Below, one piece after another: positions 1 through 7,539 of a DNA stretch of 31,025 nucleotides; the stretch's first letter is position 1; the number at the start of each line of letters is the position of its first letter. A model generated the notes under the pieces. It worked only from the letters and a program-made list of their open reading frames with translations. It ran no database searches and was not told the DNA's origin. This DNA is from a virus. Its lineage: Duplodnaviria; Caudoviricetes. A program made the position numbers and the translations under genes. The DNA lies in the IMG/VR virus record IMGVR_UViG_3300033067_000637, positions 1 to 31,025 of that record, one strand, 5' to 3'.

Positions 1-599
1 GGAAGCTCGCCCTTCAACTGAGCGATAAACTTCTCAGCCTCGGCGATGCCGTAGACGTTCGTCTTAACACCAGCCTTATCGCGCGCCTCTGCGTTGCCCT
101 TCATATCCTTGGCACGCTTGATTGCACGCTCAAGATCAGCGAACAACGAGTAGTCACGGAATACATCTTCTTTCTTGATGCTGAGATGATAAGGCTTAGA
201 CAGCAGCGTTGTAATAACCTGCGTCTTGTCCTTTTCAATGTCCGCTTTGAGAGCTTCCATATTTTCCTTAACAAACTCAAGGCGCGTCTTCTTAGACGCA
301 ATATCCTTGACTTTCTCAAAGCCGAGCGGCATTGCCCACTCGATGATTGCACGTGCATCTTCATTCCGTTTCTCTTCGACGAGAACCTGAATGAGAGCAT
401 TGATATACTTGCTCGTCATGTTCTGCGCAGCGTGCATGATGAAGCACGTACTGACCTGCGTCAGATTGTTGCGGAAGTGTGCTGCTGATTTCTTGATACC
501 AGCCAGCATGAGTTCCATCTTGTCATTGCCACCGTCAAGCCGCTTGCTCACGTTAGCAATGTCGATTGCGCTGACTTCCAGCGCTACAGCCTTAGCCAT
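1..599 (-). CDS. Early-region hypothetical protein (>=199 aa, runs off the left window edge; absent from the ORF track)
   Basis: Manual translation of the - strand from ATG at 599 gives MAKAVALEVSAIDIANVSKRLDGGNDKMELMLAGIKKSAAHFRNNLTQVSTCFIMHAAQNMTSKYINALIQVLVEEKRNEDARAIIEWAMPLGFEKVKD..., open to position 1. GGAG Shine-Dalgarno lies at 610-607. Confidence 0.85.
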   Translation of the reverse strand, partial: MAKAVALEVSAIDIANVSKRLDGGNDKMELMLAGIKKSAAHFRNNLTQVSTCFIMHAAQNMTSKYINALIQVLVEEKRNEDARAIIEWAMPLGFEKVKDIASKKTRLEFVKENMEALKADIEKDKTQVITTLLSKPYHLSIKKEDVFRDYSLFADLERAIKRAKDMKGNAEARDKAGVKTNVYGIAEAEKFIAQLKGEL

Positions 600-604
600 T
601 TGTT

Positions 605-1220
605 GTCTCCATTGGTGGATTGGGTTGATTGTTTGGTAGTGGCGACAACAATCAACTGGACGCCACGCTCCAATGAGAGACGGCAAGCCTGCCACACTCC
701 AGCCCTAGTCTGGTTGCATGTGTTAAATGATTTGATTGATTGTCTTTGTGTGGCCAATTCATATGCATCATAACACATGCCAACGCCACACCCTTAGCTC
801 TAGCTTTTGAGACAGCAACATGCTTAAAGCAGCACGTTGGACGAGCGTTCAATGTTGACGCTCCTAGGCAATACATCGCAACACGTGGCACAAGCTATGC
901 TTGCGAGACACGTTGCTTCATTGCAATCGCATAAGGTTTTGCATCCCGCTCATTCCCATGAACGGCACTGATTAGGTGGCATTAGTTTGCGGTCGGCATG
1001 AGACTTCAAGCAAACAGACTGCATATAAGCATCGCACTATGCGTGCTCATGTCTGTTGGCAAAGCGTCATGTCCCGCTGCATGGCATAGACGCACAAAGT
1101 TGTGCGTTTAAGACACGGCATCATGTGTCTTTGCGTCACGCTATGTCGTGACGTCTATCAACTGGCGACATTGCAACCCCTACCCGCAAGCATACTCACT
1201 ACGCTTTCGCTTGCGGGCAG
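605..1220 (-). ncRNA. Candidate large structured non-coding RNA or structured mRNA leader of unknown class
   Basis: No convincing ORF, and about 10 adjacent or nested inverted repeats, e.g. 624-633/647-656, 716-725/771-780, 816-824/831-839, 843-848/858-863, 889-895/899-905, 1013-1019/1051-1057, 1090-1096/1101-1107, 1110-1116/1125-1131, 1134-1140/1147-1153, 1180-1191/1209-1220. Internal A-C mismatches on + become G-U pairs on -. Confidence 0.6.
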
Positions 1221-1227
1221 TCGCGCC

Positions 1228-1635
1228 TCAACCCTTAAGGGCTCGCCGTGCTTTAGCTTTCGCAGCTTCGATCAAGTCGATCTGAGCTAAAGCCTTAGCG
1301 TGCTTAGCCTTATCCAATCTAGCATAGCTGCTAGGATGGCTCTTATATGTGGCCTTACATTCACCGTCACTTAGCATCGCGACATGTTCTTCACGTGCCG
1401 TCGCGCTATCAGGATCATATGACCATTGCGGCTGTCTCGCACCAATCGGTTGCTTGCGATACGGGATACCGATATTAAGTCGGTGTTCCGATACGGCAGG
1501 ATAAACCATTGGCTTGCTAGGTTTAGGAAACACACCTTTCTTGTCCCCGTATCTGGCCCGTTGTCCAGCTTTCGGGGAAGTGTGAGACATAACCTTAGCT
1601 AGAGCTTCACCGCGCAAAGATAGAATTTTGCGCAT
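1228..1635 (-). CDS. Small basic (K/R/A/P-rich) hypothetical early protein, 135 aa
   Basis: Part of ORF 1228..1770. The likely start is ATG 1635 (MRKILSLRGEAL...), preceded by GAGG. No recognised family. Confidence 0.7.
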   Translation of the reverse strand: MRKILSLRGEALAKVMSHTSPKAGQRARYGDKKGVFPKPSKPMVYPAVSEHRLNIGIPYRKQPIGARQPQWSYDPDSATAREEHVAMLSDGECKATYKSHPSSYARLDKAKHAKALAQIDLIEAAKAKARRALKG

Positions 1636-1655
1636 GTTCGCCTCGCCAGTTATAG

Positions 1656-1725
1656 CCGTGCACCTCACGGTCGGTTTGCTAGCGGCGAAGGCCCCAAGGG
1701 CCGCTCCTGAACCGCTAACGAAACC
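1656..1725 (-). promoter_or_regulatory. Structured 5' leader of the first early gene
   Basis: Stems 1673-1685/1712-1725 (one G-U on -), inner 1690-1694/1698-1702, and 1656-1660/1666-1670, immediately upstream of the RBS. Confidence 0.45.
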
Positions 1726-1742
1726 CTTATCGCCTGGAATTG

Positions 1743-2030
1743 TGTCAAAAATAAGGCAAGGTTCGATCACGAATTATCACGAAATGATCACGGTTTCGTG
1801 ATCGCTTTCCCGCGTGGGGAAAGGCACGAGCGCGCGCGAAGACGCGATAAACAGTGTTCAGTCAAGCTCATGGCCGATCACGTTATTGTGATCACGAGGT
1901 GTAATGACAGTGTATGGGCAACTGTGCTATGCGCGCGAGCGCGTGCGTGCGCATGCGTCAGGGACGGGAGAAAGTCAAGTAAAATTAATGTGATCGAAGT
2001 TCATGGTTTGTTCAGGGTGACAAATCACTA
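1743..2030. repeat. Array of (G)ATCAC(G)/(C)GTGAT(C) motifs with three leftward TTGAC elements; probable early promoter / genome-end control region
   Basis: ATCACG at 1766, 1776, 1787, 1877 and 1891. GTGATC at 1798, 1888 and 1990. GTGA-N4-TCAC at 2017-2028. GTCAA (TTGAC on -) at 1744, 1861 and 1974. Confidence 0.55.
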
Positions 2031-2190
2031 AAAATGCAGGAAACTAGCGATTCGTTCCGTATATACAACCCGAGGCTAGTTGTGGGTACAAGGGGGGGCG
2101 GGGGGTGCGGGTGCAGGATGGAATTACCCTCTAAAAATATCTAGCAGAAATTCTAGAAACAGAAATATTTAAGGTCATGTACGATTTCTC

Positions 2191-2219
2191 TTGACAAACA
2201 GAAATACTTAGTGTACTCT
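2191..2219 (+). promoter_or_regulatory. Sigma70-type promoter for the packaging/structural arm
   Basis: TTGACA (2191-2196), a 17-nt spacer, then TACTCT (2214-2219), with an AT-rich upstream region, ~150 nt before the small terminase. Confidence 0.65.
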
Positions 2220-2371
2220 TAAGTGAGGATACAGTATAATACCTTAAGTAATACTTAAGGATATCCTCTAGATCTCAAACGGTATAGTATTTAAAACTCA
2301 GCCGGTATAGCAATAGTAAGAGCCTCAGAACAGCTATTCTTTTGCTATACCGTTGAGTTTCTATTAATAGA

Positions 2372-2890
2372 ATGACAAAAGAAATCTATTATAACGATAA
2401 TGGTACTTTAAAGGGAGCTGAAGGTCTCTTTGTGGAATGGGCCACTAGACGGGAAGATACTCGTCCAGTATACACCCTAGCCAGAGAAGACGGAGACTTC
2501 CCCTCCCTGTACAAGCTCTACATGTCCTGTGAAGATCTCACGGAATGGGAGTTTGCAGATAAGTACCTGGCTGGATGGGACCACCTAGAGTATCTCCAGC
2601 AGAACCTCAAATTCATCAAAATCCTAGATTCCTGGCGCAAGGATCTTGAGCAGAAGCTTAAGAGCCGTGCCTTTAGGGCTATCCAGCTCATAGCCGAAGA
2701 GGGCGGTAAGAACTCCTTCGAGGCTAATAAACTACTCCTAACCGGTAAATGGAAGGAAGTAGTCGAAAAGGCAGGAAATGCTCGTGGACGTCCCTCCAAG
2801 CGAGAACTAGACAAAATCGCCAATGAAGAGTACGAATCCACTAAAAGCATTAGGGATGATCTCAAAAGGCTAGGTATCGATTTACAATAG
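2372..2890 (+). CDS. Terminase small subunit (probable)
   Basis: 172 aa helical protein directly upstream of the large terminase. Has the C-terminal 'RGRPSK' motif typical of the small terminase at this position in such podoviruses. Confidence 0.7.
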   Translation: MTKEIYYNDNGTLKGAEGLFVEWATRREDTRPVYTLAREDGDFPSLYKLYMSCEDLTEWEFADKYLAGWDHLEYLQQNLKFIKILDSWRKDLEQKLKSRAFRAIQLIAEEGGKNSFEANKLLLTGKWKEVVEKAGNARGRPSKRELDKIANEEYESTKSIRDDLKRLGIDLQ

Positions 2891-2965
2891 CCCTAGGAGC
2901 CCCTAGGAAGCCCGTACAGCGGTTTTTAGAATAGGGCCGCTACCCATATAGCCAGAAGGACCACA

Positions 2966-4507
2966 ATGGCCTCCAGAGACGAATTAAAGGCCCTAGCGCG
3001 AGAGGCCGCTGAAAACGACCTAGAGAAGTTCATATCCCTGGTAGCCCCCAAGCGGGTACTGGGTCACGTACACAAAAGGTTAATTTCCTGGTGGACACGA
3101 CAAGACGCGAAGAAGTACCAGCTAACTCTTCTTCCAAGAGACCATCAAAAGTCTGCCCTTATTGCTTACAGAGTTGCGTGGGAAATCACCCGCAATCCTG
3201 CTATTCGCGTTCTGTTTATAAGCAGTACGTCGAACCTCGCTACGAAGCAGTTAAAGTTTATCAAAGATATTCTTACCTGCGACTCCTATCGTTCCTACTG
3301 GCCAGAAATGGTACATCCGGACGAAGCCAAAAGAGAGAAGTGGACTGAGACCGAAATCTCGGTAGATCATCCTCTCCGAAAGGCAGATTACATCCGTGAC
3401 CCTACTATCTTCACCGCTGGTCTTACCACTTCTATTGTCGGTCTACATTGTGATATCAGTGTTCTCGATGACGTGGTTGTGGACGATAATGCGGCTACAG
3501 AAGATGGACGAAACAAAGTCAAACAGCAAGCTTCCTATCTTGCATCGATTGGCGGTGTGGATTCTAGGCAGTGGGTCGTAGGAACTAGATATCATCCTAA
3601 AGACCTTTACGGTCACATGATGGAACAGACAGTTCCTGTCTTTGATGATGAAGGTGAGCAGATAGACAGTACCCACTTGTTCGAAGTCTTTGAAGAGCAA
3701 GTTGAGACCAACGGAGATGGTACAGGTACCTTCCTCTGGCCACGTGCTCAGCACTTCGGTAAGTGGTTTGGATTTGATCAACGAGTACTAGCGGAGAAAC
3801 GTGCTCTCTACTATGACAAAACAAAGTTTAGAGCCCAGTACTATAACGATCCTAACGACGCTAGTGAAGCAGGTATTAATCGAGACAAGTTCCAGTACTA
3901 CAATAAAGCAAGTCTCCATGAAGAACATGGAAGATGGTACTATCGAAATTCAAGGCTTAACCTCGTCGCAGCAATCGACTTTGCTTACTCGGTTAAAGAA
4001 GGAGCTGACTACACTTGTATCGTTATTGTCGGAGTAGATAGTCAACACAACTATTACGTTCTCGACATAGAACGATTTAGAACAAGTAAGATCAGTGAAT
4101 ACTTCAATAAGATTCTTAAGCTCCACATGAAGTGGAACTTCAATAAACTCAGAGCAGAAATCACTGCAGCTCAGAGTGTCATTGTAAGAGATCTTAAAGA
4201 TAACTACATTCGTCCTCAAGGACTGGCAATCTCAATCGAGGAAGTCAGACCTATCAAAGACAAAGAAACACGAATGGATGCAGTGCTACAACCTAAGTAT
4301 AGTAACATGCAGGTTTGGCACTATCCCGGTGGTAACTGTGAACTTCTTGAAGAAGAACTTGTTCTGCAGAATCCTCCTCACGATGATATGAAAGATGCTC
4401 TAGCTTGTGCTCTTGAGAATGCACAACCTCCTTCATCCTCATTCATGGGCATTCAAAGAAACGTACAAGAAGAATTCTACAATCCGAAGTTCGGAGGTAT
4501 TGGTTAA
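2966..4507 (+). CDS. terL: Terminase large subunit
   Basis: Walker A-like LLPRDHQKS, Walker B-like GLHCDISVLDDVV, coupling motif VVGTRYHPKDLY, and RNase H-like nuclease motifs AIDFAY...ADYT and HDDMKDAL. AAGGA RBS. Confidence 0.95.
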   Translation: MASRDELKALAREAAENDLEKFISLVAPKRVLGHVHKRLISWWTRQDAKKYQLTLLPRDHQKSALIAYRVAWEITRNPAIRVLFISSTSNLATKQLKFIKDILTCDSYRSYWPEMVHPDEAKREKWTETEISVDHPLRKADYIRDPTIFTAGLTTSIVGLHCDISVLDDVVVDDNAATEDGRNKVKQQASYLASIGGVDSRQWVVGTRYHPKDLYGHMMEQTVPVFDDEGEQIDSTHLFEVFEEQVETNGDGTGTFLWPRAQHFGKWFGFDQRVLAEKRALYYDKTKFRAQYYNDPNDASEAGINRDKFQYYNKASLHEEHGRWYYRNSRLNLVAAIDFAYSVKEGADYTCIVIVGVDSQHNYYVLDIERFRTSKISEYFNKILKLHMKWNFNKLRAEITAAQSVIVRDLKDNYIRPQGLAISIEEVRPIKDKETRMDAVLQPKYSNMQVWHYPGGNCELLEEELVLQNPPHDDMKDALACALENAQPPSSSFMGIQRNVQEEFYNPKFGGIG

Positions 4508-4509
4508 CA

Positions 4510-4704
4510 ATGTGGACCTTGATACTGATCTTGTTAACTGTCAATGGTGACAAGATCGAAGTTAATCTTCATACTGAAGCTCCATCGCAGAATGTCTGTT
4601 TGATGGATCAATCCACAATGGCTCAGTACCTAGGCGATCATCCGGATAAGAAACTCCACAGCTGGCGCTGTGAGAATGTGAACAAGATTAGGACTGCAAT
4701 TTAA
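4510..4704 (+). CDS. Small hypothetical protein with hydrophobic N-terminus and two Cys
   Basis: Fills the terL-portal gap exactly. Its TAA overlaps the portal ATG (TAATG). Confidence 0.6.
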   Translation: MWTLILILLTVNGDKIEVNLHTEAPSQNVCLMDQSTMAQYLGDHPDKKLHSWRCENVNKIRTAI

Positions 4705-6587
4705 TGAGCGGTAAAACTGTAGACGTAATGGACATGATCACACCCGATATCCTCGGGTTGAACATTGCCAACAAGTTTCAGACTTGGGAGACTCTACGTA
4801 ACATTAAGGTTGCTCAGTGGAAAGAAATCACTGAGTACATCTTTGCTACGGATACTACGGTTACACCAAACAGCAAGTTGCCTTGGTCCAACAAGACGAC
4901 TATTCCTAAACTTTGTCAGATCCGTGACAATCTTCATGCTAACTATCTGACTACTCTATTTCCTAAGTCTAAGTGGCTTGAGTGGCAGGGTGATGATGAG
5001 GAATCCAATACTCGAGACAAAAAAGATACTATTGAACAGTACATGAATTACGTGATCGATCGTAATCAATTCTATGATACTGTATCTAGGCTTGTCTATG
5101 ACTTCATCGATTATGGTAATGTATTTGTCATGCCGGAATGGTATGATGGAACTAACGTAATTGAAGATAGAACTCAGGTAGGTTATGTAGGACCTATCCT
5201 GAAACGCATCTCTCCTCTTGATATTGTCTTTAACCCAATCTCTCCTACGTTCGAAGAAGCACCTAAGATCATCCGCTCACTTGTGAGCATGGGTGAGGTT
5301 AAGGCTATGCTTGACGCAGAGAGTGCCGATGAAGATGAGAAAGAGATTGCTAATAGCATCTTCCAATACATGAAAGATCTTCGTCACAACATGACGAACA
5401 TGTCTTACACTGTTACGTGTAAGGATCGTGTATTCCAGATCGCTGGCTTTACGACTTATCAAGTCTACTTGGAATCTAATGAAGTTGAAGTTCTCACCTT
5501 CTACGGAGATATCTGGGATGAGGAAACCAACAAGCTCTACAAGAACCAAGTTATCAAAGTCGTCGATAGACACAAGGTTATCTACAACAAGCCCAACAAA
5601 ACATTTTTCGGAACGGCTCCAATCTACCATTGCGGATGGCGATTGCGACCAGACAACCTATGGGCAATGGGACCCTTGGATAATCTGGTTGGCATGCAGT
5701 ATAGGATCGATCACCTCGAGAACATGAAGGCTGACTGCTTCGATCTTATTGCATATCCTCCGCTTAAGATCAAAGGCTATGTCGAAGACTTCAAGTGGGC
5801 TCCCATGGAGAAGATCATCGTTGGAGATGACTCCGATGTTGAGATGATGTCTCCTGATGTTCAGGTTCTTCAGTGTGATAACCAGATTGCCATTCTCGAA
5901 AATAAAATGGAAGAGATGGCTGGTTCTCCTAAGGAAGCTATGGGCTTTAGAACTCCAGGTGAAAAGACTGCGTATGAAGTACAGCGTATGGAGAATGCTG
6001 CTAGCCGTATCTTCCAGAATAAGATTGGATACTTCGAGCGACAGATCATTGAGAACGTAATCAATGCTATGTTGGAAATGGCTCGTCGTAATGTCACTAA
6101 GCAGACAATCAAAATCTTTGACAACGACATGAAGTTTGACAGCTTCATGGATCTTACTGCCTATGACATCACAGGTAATGGACGTATCAGGCCTATGGCA
6201 GCAAGACACTTTGCTGAGAAGGCTCAGATTGTACAGAACCTTAACAACTTCCTGGGAAGCCCTGCAGGACAAGATCAGATGGTGAGCGTTCACTTCTCTG
6301 GTGAGAAACTTGCTAAGGCTTGGGAATGCCTACTTGAGATCGAACCGTACAAGATCGTACAACCTTACATTCGTCTCATGGAACAGGCAGAGGCACAGAA
6401 ACTTTCACAGGCTGCACAGCAGAACGTAGCAATGCAGGCTGCAACTCCGACAGGATTCCTACCGGGTGATCATGACCAAGAAACCGACTCGTTCAACCTC
6501 CCAGAACCAACCGACTCCAACTCCATCCCCGCACAAAGCGGAAGTGGGACTGGCGCTGGAGTGGTTCCTGGAAACTACGGACAGTAA
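4704..6587 (+). CDS. Portal (head-tail connector) protein
   Basis: 627 aa, between terminase and scaffold. Podovirus portal-like segments (RPDNLWAMGPLDNLVGMQYRIDHLEN; GFRTPGEKTAYEV) and a low-complexity C-terminus. Confidence 0.9.
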   Translation: MSGKTVDVMDMITPDILGLNIANKFQTWETLRNIKVAQWKEITEYIFATDTTVTPNSKLPWSNKTTIPKLCQIRDNLHANYLTTLFPKSKWLEWQGDDEESNTRDKKDTIEQYMNYVIDRNQFYDTVSRLVYDFIDYGNVFVMPEWYDGTNVIEDRTQVGYVGPILKRISPLDIVFNPISPTFEEAPKIIRSLVSMGEVKAMLDAESADEDEKEIANSIFQYMKDLRHNMTNMSYTVTCKDRVFQIAGFTTYQVYLESNEVEVLTFYGDIWDEETNKLYKNQVIKVVDRHKVIYNKPNKTFFGTAPIYHCGWRLRPDNLWAMGPLDNLVGMQYRIDHLENMKADCFDLIAYPPLKIKGYVEDFKWAPMEKIIVGDDSDVEMMSPDVQVLQCDNQIAILENKMEEMAGSPKEAMGFRTPGEKTAYEVQRMENAASRIFQNKIGYFERQIIENVINAMLEMARRNVTKQTIKIFDNDMKFDSFMDLTAYDITGNGRIRPMAARHFAEKAQIVQNLNNFLGSPAGQDQMVSVHFSGEKLAKAWECLLEIEPYKIVQPYIRLMEQAEAQKLSQAAQQNVAMQAATPTGFLPGDHDQETDSFNLPEPTDSNSIPAQSGSGTGAGVVPGNYGQ

Positions 6588-6789
6588 TTCCGTAAGAGAT
6601 AGAATACTAGGTGAGAGTAGGAACCTAGTCCTAAAGCAACTAAAGAAGATCCTACTCAAACGACTAAGCGCCCTTGACACTCGTTCAGATGACTTTACTG
6701 ATCCGTCCTGGGCTTATAGACAAGCATATGAGAATGGCACCAGACAGGTGCTGAGAGACCTAATCAAACTTATGAGTTTTGTAGAATAA
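6544..6789 (+). CDS. Small conserved-type hypothetical protein between portal and scaffold
   Basis: 3' part of ORF 6466..6789 with the motif DFTDPSWAYRQAYENG. The start is uncertain (in-frame GTG 6544 chosen). TAATG coupling to the scaffold gene. Confidence 0.65.
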   Translation: MGLALEWFLETTDSNSVRDRILGESRNLVLKQLKKILLKRLSALDTRSDDFTDPSWAYRQAYENGTRQVLRDLIKLMSFVE

Positions 6790-7514
6790 TGACCAATCTT
6801 TTTGAAGCGCCAAATATGGCAGACGGTAATGAAGAGATCCAGAATTACCTCGAGCACCTTGTAGGTGAAGGCAAGAAGTTTAAGGATCACGAAGCATTGG
6901 CACGCGGCAAATTCGAAGCCGACAAAACCATTGCAGCTCGTGAAGCCGAACTTGCTGATATCCGCAAGGAGCTGAATACCCGCATTTCACTGGAAGAGTT
7001 CATGACCAAACAGAACGAGCGGCAGCCCAACAATCAGCCACAAGCTAATGTTGCTCCGAATGGCCAGAATGAGGGAAATGAAAAGGTAGACATCCATACA
7101 TTGGTTGCTGCCGAAATCGCTAAAGCACAAGCTTTAACCACGAGAGCTAAGAACGCAGAATCCTCTAAGCAGAAAATGAAAGATGCTTGGGGTACTAATG
7201 CACTAGCACGTCTTGAACAAGTATCACGCGATTTGGGACTTGGTAAAGAGTTTCTTCAGGATCTTGCAGAACGCAGTCCTGATGCTTTTGCTCAAGTCAT
7301 TGGAGCTATTCCGAACAATAATAAAGTTCAGAATATTACTCCTCCGAATACACGTGTAAACTCTGCAGCGGATATTTCCAATCGGAATACTATCCGTGAT
7401 GAAGAGTATTGGGATAAGATGAGAGAATCTGATCCGAAGTTTTATTTCTCTGCACAGGGATATAATCAGCGGCACAATGATGCTCAGACTCTTGGTGAAG
7501 CTTATTTCAAATAA
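6789..7514 (+). CDS. Capsid scaffolding protein
   Basis: Charged, helical/coiled-coil 241 aa protein immediately upstream of the major capsid gene. Confidence 0.75.
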   Translation: MTNLFEAPNMADGNEEIQNYLEHLVGEGKKFKDHEALARGKFEADKTIAAREAELADIRKELNTRISLEEFMTKQNERQPNNQPQANVAPNGQNEGNEKVDIHTLVAAEIAKAQALTTRAKNAESSKQKMKDAWGTNALARLEQVSRDLGLGKEFLQDLAERSPDAFAQVIGAIPNNNKVQNITPPNTRVNSAADISNRNTIRDEEYWDKMRESDPKFYFSAQGYNQRHNDAQTLGEAYFK

Positions 7515-7539
7515 TCTCTCAACAAGGAAGTAAATTAAT

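Noticed and set aside
101-639. ORFs 101..400 (-), 186..488 (+) and 391..639 (+)
   Set aside because: They are alternative-frame or antisense shadows of the real - strand gene starting at 599.
612-1179. tmRNA/tRNA-like ends on -: GGGUUG (1179-1174) could pair with CAAUCC followed by ACCA (about 622-613), including a G3-U70-like pair
   Set aside because: There is no T-arm (GUUCRANUC) or D-loop consensus and no tag reading frame recognised. A 6-bp match is expected by chance, and that 3' segment is adjacent to the SD-sequestering helix.
584-1290. Short ORFs 584..778, 652..891, 740..934 and 1102..1290
   Set aside because: They lack an RBS, are Cys/Ala-rich with unnatural composition, and overlap one another. 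The region is better explained as structured RNA.
1743-2030. CRISPR or mini-array interpretation of the ATCAC repeats (given a Cas4-like gene in the genome)
   Set aside because: The repeats are only 5-7 nt with irregular spacing. Stand-alone Cas4-like exonucleases are common phage replication genes.
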